Positions 1-8,866 of a stretch of 58,482 bases of DNA are shown piece by piece. The stretch covers positions 1 to 58,482 of the forward strand of contig CAVTCR010000032.1 in the NCBI GenBank assembly GCA_963733195.1, written 5' to 3'. Under the pieces are notes generated by a model. The model saw only the letters and a list, made by a program, of their open reading frames with translations. It had not been told where the DNA came from and made no database searches. The translations under genes and the position numbers were made by a program. Each line of letters opens with the position of its first letter. Within the stretch, counting starts at the first letter, position 1. Origin of the DNA: an uncultured delta proteobacterium. Its GTDB lineage: Bacteria > Desulfobacterota > Binatia > Bin18.

Positions 1-48
1 GTACAGTGGGAGGTGGACGTTCTGTCTGATCCCTTTGACAACCGCCAT
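1..48 (-). CDS. N-terminus of second capsid-like paralog (runs off window edge)
   Basis: Manual translation MAVVKGIRQNVHLPLY from ATG at 48 behind GAGG RBS; closely parallels MAAVKGMKEFVHLPQY(D) at the start of the 127-1039 gene. Confidence 0.6.
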   Translation of the reverse strand, partial: MAVVKGIRQNVHLPLY

Positions 49-73
49 ACGACGGTCCTCACTTCGACCAGTA

Positions 74-99
74 GTCGGGTGGGGCATGACCCACCCGAC
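74..99. repeat. Perfect 10-bp-stem hairpin (GTAG-type REP-like) between the two capsid-like genes
   Basis: gtcgggtggg-gcatga-cccacccgac; GTAG at 71-74. Confidence 0.7.
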
Positions 100-126
100 A
101 CCTAGCCACAGAGGCAGATCGCCATG

Positions 127-1039
127 CTACTGCACGTCACGTGTAGTGTTCGCCGTCGAGCGCGACCAAATGGACAACGGTCCGTACAATCGTTGTAGGT
201 CGCTCAAAACCTCCTCTCGGGGACTTCGATCTCCACGCGAAAATTCTGCTGTGCGATCAAAAGCATCTGACCGCCTCGGCAAACTGAAACGTGGCTTGCG
301 GACTCGGGTAGCCATGGTTGTCATTACCATCCTCAGAATACGGCCCAGCGCCACCGGGGAAAAACCGAGTCGGCACCTGAATCATGATTTTTTTCACCTA
401 CGGAGAAAGTAGTGACGGTGTTGTAAAGGAATGAACTTGCCGATCACTCCGCGAATCCGTTGGTGAAGAACTGTTCATTCAGAGGGATCACGCTCTTGCC
501 GAATTTGCCCTCGAATTTGTTTGCCGCTTCTATGAGTGTATCCTGGCTGATCTCGGCGAATTCGGCGTCTAACAATGAGGCGCCGCCAGCAAGAGTTAGA
601 CCGAGAGCATTTAGAGCGGCCTGGGACAATCTTCTTGGCTGACTGGGAGGGACATCCACCTGACGCTTGAAATCAGCAAAAAGATTCAGCGTGAAGTTAG
701 TCACCGTCACGGCCTTTTGCTTGGGCGTGGGTTGCCCATCCAATACTGGCTCACCATCGAATTTAACAACATCCAGAGTGAGCTCGATGTCTTTATCAGG
801 CAACTGGGGCGGCAGATCCGAGATCACCACGCGCATCGCCCGCGCCTCATACGTATTCCAATGCGGCAACAACGATGAGGCTTGCATGTTGGTTTGCAGT
901 TTGGTTTTTCCTGTCACGTCGACGAAGAACCGCAGGACATTCGAGCTGGAATTTTGCCGAGCTGCTCCTTTGGCTTAATGGAGATGGAATCATACTGCGG
1001 CAGATGGACGAACTCCTTCATACCCTTAACGGCGGCCAT
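127..1039 (-). CDS. Putative jelly-roll capsid-like protein (about 300 aa), broken by several indels in this assembly
   Basis: AGGAGG RBS + ATG at 1039; joining frames gives MAAVKGMKEFVHLPQYD..VLRFFVDVTGKTKLQTNMQASSLLP..YEARAMRVV..LYNTVTTFSVGEK-IMIQVPTRFFPGGAGP..HGYPSPQATFQFAE..QQNFRVEIEVP..IW-VALDG-TTRDVQ*. ORF-track pieces 444-917 and 127-354 are parts. The capsid call rests on recalled motif pattern, not a search. Confidence 0.55.
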
Positions 1040-1056
1040 AGCTTCCTCCTTGCTTT

Positions 1057-1824
1057 CTACCAGGGTGATTTGAACCAGCTACTGCTGGATTTGGGCGCTT
1101 CGTCCGCTGGACGGAATGAATCAACCGAGGGGTTAATCGACCGTGGGCGATAGTACCCTTCGACATCGCCAACGTTCTCCACCGGTGCGACGCGTGGATT
1201 GTAGTCCCGCTCTCGCACGTAGCCTTCAAGCGGAGGCCCCTCGGCGAAATACCCCATGTCGGACGAGGCATCGCCGTACCCCATCGTATCCGGCGCTTCG
1301 GCATAGTAGCCCATGTCTTGAGGCGCTTCAGCAAATTCAGGGGCTTCGGCATAGTAGCCCATGTCTTGAGGCGCTTCAGCAAATTCAGGGGCTTCGGCAT
1401 AGTAGCCCATGTCTTGGGGGGCCTCAGCGAACTCGGGTGCTTCTGCGTAGTAACCAACTGTTTCTGGCGCTTCGTAGACATAGCCGACTTCGGGAGCTTC
1501 GGCGTAGTAACCGTAGCCTTCGACAAAGCCGGGGGGTGGATCGGCGATATAACCGACACCGCATGGAGAGCCATACCCCATCTGCTCTGGCGCCTCGTAC
1601 ACATACCCAACGCTCTCCGGCATTTCACCGTAGTAACCCACCGTTTCCGGCGCCTCGTACACGTAGCCGACATCCTGGGGAACTTCTGCGAAGTAGCCCA
1701 TCTGTGCCGGTGCTTGTCTGAAGTACCCGGCACGTGGGGAATTGATTCGATAGAATCGCATACGCTTTCCTCCTCTGTTGCCTATCGGATTGACAATCAT
1801 GATTTCGTCGAAATGGTCTGCCAC
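1057..1824 (-). CDS. Acidic low-complexity protein with about 13 [MV]GY motifs, most followed by xxExP
   Basis: 255-aa ORF, AAGGAGG RBS before GTG start, N-terminal IVNP motif, repeated GYYAEAP units. Confidence 0.85.
   Translation of the reverse strand: MADHFDEIMIVNPIGNRGGKRMRFYRINSPRAGYFRQAPAQMGYFAEVPQDVGYVYEAPETVGYYGEMPESVGYVYEAPEQMGYGSPCGVGYIADPPPGFVEGYGYYAEAPEVGYVYEAPETVGYYAEAPEFAEAPQDMGYYAEAPEFAEAPQDMGYYAEAPEFAEAPQDMGYYAEAPDTMGYGDASSDMGYFAEGPPLEGYVRERDYNPRVAPVENVGDVEGYYRPRSINPSVDSFRPADEAPKSSSSWFKSPW
1295..1455. repeat. 48-bp coding tandem repeat (about 3.3 copies; APEFAEAPQDMGYYAE)
   Basis: Unit gcttcggcatagtagcccatgtcttgaggcgcttcagcaaattcaggg at 1295 and 1343, diverged copy at 1391, partial at 1439. 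Confidence 0.95.
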
Positions 1825-1835
1825 GTTGCGCCTCC

Positions 1836-2115
1836 TTATCCTTCAATGCCACGCTTGGTCACCCGGTACTGACCGCCGACGATGAAGAGCCTCCGACCCA
1901 TCGGGTCAGCGGCGAGCAGCGGCGATCGCTTGAAGAAATGCACGTAATTCTTCGGAGCCTCACCGGGCAGGCCAGGTTTGCGGTAGATCACGCCGCGCAA
2001 CTCTCCCACCGGAACCATCGGCCGCCGGATGAACCTGCGCCATCCGAAGCCGGATCACTTCAGACGGGCAGATCGCACCCAGTTGTTTTTGACAAAAACC
2101 ACACCCGCACGCCAT
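1836..2115 (-). CDS. Small hypothetical protein (MACGCGFC..; YxHxF..PxL..IVGGxYxV..GIEG), one frameshift
   Basis: TAGGAG RBS + ATG at 2115; C-terminal 60 aa match ORF 1836-2018 in a different frame. Confidence 0.65.
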
Positions 2116-2125
2116 AACTCAGCTC

Positions 2126-2689
2126 CTAGCGGAAGCGGCGGACGGGGCCGGCTGGCGCCATCACTACCGGTCGTGCGCCAGGTGCAGCCGGCGCCATCAC
2201 CGCCGGTTGCACACCAGGCACGGCTGTCGTGACGATTGGTCTACCGCTCATGCCTCGGGGACCACGGCCCCGTATTACTGCGGGAATGGAGATCCATACG
2301 GGACGACGCATTGGTCGTGGTTGGGGCTGGAGTGGTTGAGGCTGGACCAGCGGTGCTGGAGGAGTTGCGACAACTTCGTAAAGCTGCCCGTCAGGACCTT
2401 CAGCGACTTCACCAACGCCGAGTACGCCAGTCCGTTGCGCCAACTTCGCCGCTGCGGCGGCCGCCTGGCCATAAACCGGAAAGTATTGGCCGTATTTGGC
2501 GGTGAGTGAGGTAACCTTTTTCGCAATGTTCCTTAGCTTCTTTAGCTTGTCCCACCAGCCATGGAGGTTACCCAGCCCATCCACGCCTTCCACCCATTGG
2601 TAGGCTTGACCATCGGGTCCCCGACGCACCTCGCCAACGTAACTGCCAATACCCATCACTTCTGCCATATCCTGCGGTCCATAACGCAT
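2126..2689 (-). CDS. Hypothetical protein with embedded cationic amphipathic peptide and Pro-rich tail
   Basis: 187-aa ORF, AGGAGG RBS; GLGNLHG-WWDKLKKLRNIAKKV.. flanked by two VGEVxxGPDGQxY repeats. Confidence 0.85.
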   Translation of the reverse strand: MRYGPQDMAEVMGIGSYVGEVRRGPDGQAYQWVEGVDGLGNLHGWWDKLKKLRNIAKKVTSLTAKYGQYFPVYGQAAAAAAKLAQRTGVLGVGEVAEGPDGQLYEVVATPPAPLVQPQPLQPQPRPMRRPVWISIPAVIRGRGPRGMSGRPIVTTAVPGVQPAVMAPAAPGARPVVMAPAGPVRRFR

Positions 2690-2699
2690 AGTGGTCCTC

Positions 2700-3290
2700 C
2701 TAATCGACCGGAAAGTATTGCTTGTGGTCAGCCCGGGGAGCCCATCCCATCGGTTTGCTCATCGTCGCATCAAGCGCGATCCACACTCCTTTGCAAAACG
2801 CTTCAAGATAGATATGCGTGAACAGCGCTTTCCTCCGCGGATTGAACCCGACCAACGCCAGACGCACCGGATGGCCAATCGCCTTGAGCATCGCTGCGAG
2901 CAGAATGGTCATGTCATCGCAATCGCCTGCGCGCAGTTCCAGCATGCGCCGTGCGGTGTGTAGCAATTCCACGCGATGGATATCGCGGGTATAGCGCACG
3001 TTATTTTTGACCCACTCAAACAGTGCTCTGATCTCTCCCAGGTAATCCTTGGCGCGAATTGCGTGTTGAAAGAGAATGTCGATGGCAGTTTGCCGCACTT
3101 AAAAATCCTTCGCACCCGCTTTCACCAAGCCAATGATGTGCCCCACGGTTTTCTTGGTTCCAGCGTATCCTCTAGGAATGTATCCCAGGTACGTTCGTGG
3201 TGATCGACGCTGCGAGTAGAGGTACATCAACTGACAATGCCTCCGAGCCGCCTCTGCGTGTCTTGTACGAGTAAAGAACTCAAGAAGCAT
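2700..3290 (-). CDS. Transglutaminase-like cysteine protease (GDCDD, THIY, ALDAT) with one in-frame TAA at 3099-3101
   Basis: ORFs 3099-3290 and 2700-3098 are in frame; Cys-His-Asp triad motifs intact; exact start (3290 or 3227) uncertain. Confidence 0.85.
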
Positions 3291-3860
3291 GCCGCGCGTG
3301 ATCCGATGCCCTCGTCGGGGGAGAATCCCTGTAAGAACAAGATGTTAGTATATTCCCATTGGGCTCGACGGCCGTGACACAAGGCTTGGCTGTCATAACT
3401 TTTATGAAAGGCCCGAACCGGTGAGGCATCGAGGCAAATGCTAAGAGGTTGTGATTCTTAAGAATTACGTGACGGGCGGCAGAGGCATAATTCTTATGTC
3501 TATGGGTGAGGCAGACGCCAATCTTGCGGTACTATGCGGAACTGAAAGAGCAACGAAACAGAGACTCTAGCGGAGTTCTCAAGACGCAAGATCGTGTCGT
3601 ATTTTTTGCGATTCCTTTCCCAACGAGGGTCAGCAGCCGAAGAGGAGAGCCTCAAGAGTCCGGGGAGATCGCAGATGCAGGTCGGAAGTGTGGATACCAA
3701 TTGCGGACGACTTGAGTGATGGGGGATTCCACAAAGGGTACTGAGGGTATCCCCTTGACGATAGTGTTCCCCAAAGTGGGCAATGGTATTAAGTTAAGCC
3801 GTAGCGTCATTGCGAGTTATCCATAGTGCAGGCGCTAAGCGTGGAGGGAGAAACTTGATG

Positions 3861-4023
3861 CTCCTGGATTCCGGGTCGCGGCCTGCGGCCTTGCCCGGAA
3901 TGACGAGCTAGTTGTTTTCGTCATTCCAGCGAAAGCTGGAATCCAGGAGAGGCAGTGGGCGGAGCATTTTGTTTCTGAGCAGCGCAGCGAAGCAATCTTT
4001 GTTTTTGCAAGAGATTGCTTCGC
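3861..4023. repeat. Cluster of REP-like palindromes
   Basis: ctcctggattcc..ggaatgacg / cgtcattccagcgaaagctggaatccaggag (3861-3949) and gcgaagcaatct..agattgcttcgc (about 3987-4023). Confidence 0.7.
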
Positions 4024-4222
4024 CGCTCACACTTTTCGCAAGGTTTGCGGATCGTCGCCGGATTGACCGTTGCTGTTACCGGTAGCACCTCCGATAATTA
4101 CGTCAACGACCTTGGCATCGGGCAGCAGCGAAGCCCTTTTGGTCTCCATATATTTAGAAAATATGGCGGTGGATTCGATGAACTTCTTGCATCTTTCAAT
4201 TCAGGGAGCCTGCTGCTTCTGA

Positions 4223-4990
4223 TTACCCCCGTCCGACAAACGGCATCTTCGTCGCCATCACCGTCATAAAGAGCACGTTGGCATCCAGCGGCAGGTTCGC
4301 CATGTAGAGCACTGCATTCGCCACGTGTTCAACATCCATCAATGGCTCTACTGCAATTTGCCCATTTGCCTGCGGCACACCTAGTGTCATGCGCGCAGTC
4401 AACTCAGTTTCGGCATTGCCAATATCGATCTGCCCGCATGCAATGTCATACTTGCGACCATCCAAAGCGGTGACTTTGGTAAGGCCGATGAGTGCATGTT
4501 TACTCGCGGTATACGGAGCTGAGTTTGGTCGCGGCGTATGCGCAGAAATCGATCCGTTGTTGATGATCCGTCCGCCGCGCGGGTCTTGCGCTTTCATCAG
4601 CTTGAACGCTTCTTGGGTGCAGAGGAATACCCCCGTCAAGTTAATGTCGATGACTTTTTGCCATTCCGAGTATGGTAGTTCCTCTAGTCGGACTGGCGGA
4701 GCACCAACTCCAGCGTTATTGAACAGCAGGTCTAAGCGACCGAAGGTGTCTTTCGTTTTCACAAACAGTTCATGTACAGAGTCTGCTTTACTCACGTCAG
4801 TTGGAACTACGAGTAACTGGCTATCTCTTGGCCCGGCTTCAGCAGCAACCTTCTCTAGCAATGCCTCGCGTCGTCCTGCTAGGACGACGTTGTAGCCATT
4901 ATTCCGTAGAGCAAGCGCTACAGCCTTTCCGATTCCTGTGCCTGCACCAGTAACTATTGCCGTTTTGGTTGGTGCACTCATGGTACTCAC
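4223..4990 (-). CDS. SDR family oxidoreductase
   Basis: [17 protein letters not shown] motifs. Confidence 0.95.
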   Translation of the reverse strand: MSTMSAPTKTAIVTGAGTGIGKAVALALRNNGYNVVLAGRREALLEKVAAEAGPRDSQLLVVPTDVSKADSVHELFVKTKDTFGRLDLLFNNAGVGAPPVRLEELPYSEWQKVIDINLTGVFLCTQEAFKLMKAQDPRGGRIINNGSISAHTPRPNSAPYTASKHALIGLTKVTALDGRKYDIACGQIDIGNAETELTARMTLGVPQANGQIAVEPLMDVEHVANAVLYMANLPLDANVLFMTVMATKMPFVGRG

Positions 4991-4999
4991 TTCTCCAGG

Positions 5000-5365
5000 T
5001 CATAGCCCTGGCCATTTGCTGAATTCAGCGTAGGTCCAGTCCGAAAAGATCTTCCCATCTCGACACGTGAGCACCGCGCAAAAGGGAAGATTCCAATCCG
5101 CTCCCTGGTCTGGATTCAACAACACGGCCTCGACGATAACGACATTGCCTGTCGCATACTTGCGATCGACCCGCATTTTGCGTTTCGGTGCAGCCTTAAG
5201 CACGTTCTTTTCGACCTGAACAAACTTTTCATGTCCACGAATAAACCCACCGTTCACTTCACAATCGGTCGTATAACATTCATGGACGAAACGTTCTGCA
5301 TCGGTGTTGTACAAATCTTCGTAACGTTTGGCCACTTCAAGGTTCCGTTGTTCTTCGTTTGTCAT
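5000..5365 (-). CDS. SnoaL-like/NTF2-fold protein
   Basis: GGAGG RBS before MTNEEQ; about 120 aa with RDGKI C-terminal strand. Confidence 0.75.
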   Translation of the reverse strand: MTNEEQRNLEVAKRYEDLYNTDAERFVHECYTTDCEVNGGFIRGHEKFVQVEKNVLKAAPKRKMRVDRKYATGNVVIVEAVLLNPDQGADWNLPFCAVLTCRDGKIFSDWTYAEFSKWPGL

Positions 5366-5631
5366 TGCTATCCTCCTTTGCTCCGTCATCAAACAGGTGA
5401 GAATGGAAACGTGGCGGAGACTAGCAAACGCACTACTCACCGGCAACTCCGCCAAGTCGTGCGTTGGGAGCTGCAATTCCTGTGTCAGACGCCTTGACAG
5501 GAGAATGGGTGGGCGCTAGGGGAAATTGAGCAACCGCTCAATCATCGACGGAGGAGTTTCAGTCCAGTAGCAACCAAGGGAACTCGCAACCAGCAAAGAT
5601 CCTGGCGAAACAGCAACGGAGGGGGATCGCT

Positions 5632-7045
5632 ATGACAACGAGGTCATTCACGTCTGATGTCCGTCGCACGAGCGTTGACATACCATTGATCCAGCAACCG
5701 ACGCTCGACATGCAGACATATATTGTAGACTCACCACAAGAGGGAATGTTTACTGTTGATCGGAACGTCTTTACTGATCCTGTCCTCTTCGAATTGGAGA
5801 TGAAGTACATCTTTGAGGGGACATGGGTATATCTTGCGCACGAGAGTCAGCTCCCTCAGCCACATGACTTCTACACCACGACGATTGGCCGCCAGCCGAT
5901 CATCCTGATGCGTAACCAAGCAGGTGACGTCGGTGGCTTTCTCAATGCCTGCCCGCATCGCGGAGCCACGGTCTGCTTAAGCAAGCGCGGGAACCAGAAG
6001 GTCTTGACCTGCCCCTACCACGGTTGGTCGTTCAATACCAACGGTGCACTCATTAGTGTCAAGGACCGCGCTGCGGGTGCCTATCCAGAGTCTTTTGATC
6101 GATTCGATCATGGACTGACGCGTGTGCCACGTCTGACAAATTATCGTGGGTTTATTTTTGGCAGCCTCAATCCCGCAGTTGCAGATATTGAAACTCACTT
6201 GGGAAGTGCACGTCTCTTCATCGATATGATCGCGGATCAAGCACCACAGGGGTGGGAAGTAGTCAAAGGAAGTGCGGATTACACCTACGCTGGAAACTGG
6301 AAGTTACAAGCAGAAAATGGAGTGGATGGATACCACTTCGATATCGTGCACCGCACCTTCATGGGTGTGATTCAACGACGGATTGCCGCTGGCAAGGACA
6401 CCGTCAGGGCTGTCGATGTCGAACGCCTGGACAAACCAGAGACAGCAACCGGGTGTTATGATCTCGGCAACGGGCACACATTACTGTGGGCCGACTATCC
6501 CAATCCCCAGGACCGCCCCTTATACGAACGACGCGGAGAGATAGCGGCGCAGTATGGGGAACTCCATGCCCGTTGGATGATGAACCGACTGCGTAACCTC
6601 CTGATCTATCCGAACATCTTTTTCATGGATCAAACTTCAACCCAACTGCGAGTGATTTACCCACTTGCGGCCGATAAGACACGTGTCTCGACGCATTGCA
6701 TCGCTCCGGTCGGAGAAAGTGCACGCGACCGCGCACACCGACTCCGTCAATATGAAGACTTCTTCAATGCCAGCGGCGTCGGAACCCCGGACGATCTCGC
6801 TGCCTTTGAGGCATGCCAGAAAGGATATAATGGGAGGTTCGTGCGTTGGCAGCAAGGATACATGCGCGGCACCCAACGTATGACGCTCGGTGCAGATGCT
6901 GAGGCCCAAGCGCTTGGTATTCGTCCGTACTCAAGCTCAGCGCGATTTTCGAGACGAAACGCTGTATCACGGCCAGTATCGGCAATGGCTTAAGCTCATG
7001 CGAGACGGACGACAAGCTGAAAGAGAGGCTGTCAATGGCGCCTGA
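5632..7045 (+). CDS. Rieske aromatic ring-hydroxylating oxygenase alpha subunit (BenA/AntA-like), frameshift near 6941
   Basis: NACPHRG..CPYHGW Rieske motif, ENGVDGYH iron site, DDLAAFEACQ; C-terminus DETLYHGQYRQW continues in another frame. Confidence 0.92.
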
Positions 7046-7532
7046 TCTGCTCGCACGCTGTACGGACCTGCTGTATCGCGAAGCTGCGTACCTGGACGAG
7101 TATCGTTGGGCCGAATGGTTGGAGTTGTACAGTGAGGATGCAGAGTTTTGGGTACCGGCATGGGACGAAGATGGGAAGCCGACGAATGATCCACAGTCAC
7201 AACTGTCACTGATCTACTATGACCGACGCGCAGGATTAGAAGACCGCGTGTGGCGTATCCAGTCAGGATTGTCTCCGGCGTCAAGTCCTCCAGTGCGCAC
7301 GTGCCATCTGATCTCAAACGTTCGCATCACCGAAATGATCAACGACGGACCATCTGTGGCATCGCATTGGCAAGTCAATGTGTATCGTCCTGAGAAACAC
7401 CACAGCTTTTCGTACTTTGGCTTCTACGAACATCGCCTACGCCTCGTTGGCGAACGCCTGTACATCACGAGAAAAAAGATCCTGCTGCTTAATGACGTTG
7501 TCGAAAGTGTGCTCGATATTAATCATGTCTGA
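7035..7532 (+). CDS. Ring-hydroxylating oxygenase beta subunit (BenB-like)
   Basis: LYREAAYLDE..W.EWL, LEDRVWR, RTCHLISNV, KKILLLND. Confidence 0.93.
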   Translation: MAPDLLARCTDLLYREAAYLDEYRWAEWLELYSEDAEFWVPAWDEDGKPTNDPQSQLSLIYYDRRAGLEDRVWRIQSGLSPASSPPVRTCHLISNVRITEMINDGPSVASHWQVNVYRPEKHHSFSYFGFYEHRLRLVGERLYITRKKILLLNDVVESVLDINHV

Positions 7533-7591
7533 GTCCTTGCTCAGCAAGCCGGTGTACGGCATCGTACGCCGGTGACCATAAGGAGGTTTTC

Positions 7592-8866
7592 ATGCCATCC
7601 GCAAATGAGACGCAGTCTCCCTGGCTCACGTGGACGAAGGACCCGACAGACAGAGTTCCTTATCAAGTCTTTCTTGACCCTGCTATTTACGAGCGGGAAC
7701 AAGAACGATTATTTCGTGGTCCGATATGGACGTACGTAGGACTCGAGTCTGAGATCCCCAAACCTCAGGACTTCAAGGCAACCTTCCTCGGCGATACGCC
7801 CATTGTCATCAATCGAGATAAAGATGGAGCGCTGCATGCCTTTGTCAATCGCTGCGCGCATCGTGGTGCGCTCGTCTGCAGAGAGCTGCACGGTAATCGC
7901 GCAAGACACACCTGCGTGTATCACCAATGGACGTATGATCTGAAAGGAAACCTGGTCGGCGTTCCCTTCAAGAATGGACTTGGTAACGTGGCAGGATACC
8001 CGGCAGATTTTCAGCCGTCACAACACTCGCTTCAGAAGCTACGCGTTGCCTCCTATAAGGGTCTCATGTTTGTCTCCTACGCGCAGAACGTTGAGTCGAT
8101 CGAGGAGTATCTGGGCCTCGCCATGCGCGCGCATATCGATCACGTGTTTAATCGTCCAATTCAGGTTCTCGGGCATGCACGACAGTTTGTTAGTGCCAAT
8201 TGGAAGTTGTACGCCGAAAATGTACGTGATCCATATCATGCCAGCCTGCTGCACTTGTTTCACATGACGTTCGGTATGTATCGCTCGTCACAAGGGGGCG
8301 GGATTACCCTCGACGCCAAAGGAAGGCACAGCGTGTTGCAGTCGTACCGGCGAAATGACACGGAAGAGGTGGCTGCGTACAAGGATACCCAGACCCGCTC
8401 ATACCAGTCCAAGTACACCCTGAGTGATCCTTCGCTCCTCCAAGGACGTCCTGAATTTCCAGGCCTATCAATCCAGACGATCTTTCCGAGCCTTGTCGTC
8501 CAACAAATACAAAACACCCTGGCTGTACGACATATCATTCCGCGTGGACCAGAGCGGTTCGAGTTGATTTTCACCTACTTCGGCTATGCGGATGATGATG
8601 CGGAGATGCAGGCAATCCGCCGCAAGCAAGCGAACCTGGTTGGGCCGGCAGGCTTAGTGTCAATGGAGGATGGCCATGCAGCGGAGATCGTGCAGCAGGC
8701 GATCGTGCGGGATAAGGATGCAGCGTCAGTAGTGTTGATGGGTGGTCGAGGAATTGCGGATGAGGAAAGCCTGATCACCGAGACTGGGATTCGGGGATTC
8801 TGGCGCTACTACCGCGAACTCATGGGCTTCAGCGTTCCCGCCAGTGTCACTCAAGGAGAGCGATAC
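7592..8866 (+). CDS. Second Rieske oxygenase alpha subunit (NagG/TphA2/AndAc-like); stop not seen, reads into beta
   Basis: NRCAHRG..CVYHQW, ENVRDPYHASLLH, GPAGLVSMEDG. Confidence 0.9.

Noticed and set aside
1295-1455. 48-bp repeats as a CRISPR array
   Set aside because: Contiguous in-frame coding repeats with no unique spacers and no cas genes.
1026-1872. Overlapping ORFs 1026-1733(-), 1143-1721(+), 1318-1872(+)
   Set aside because: Shadow frames of the repeat gene, without RBS support.
1057-3290. Stand-alone lasso/RiPP cluster (transglutaminase-like peptidase + multi-core precursor)
   Set aside because: No cyclase, RRE, ATP-grasp, radical SAM or transporter is visible, and the downstream genes look structural. 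Kept only as a secondary hypothesis.
3500-3715. Short ORFs upstream of the capsid-like operon
   Set aside because: No recognisable motif or convincing RBS; not integrase- or repressor-like.
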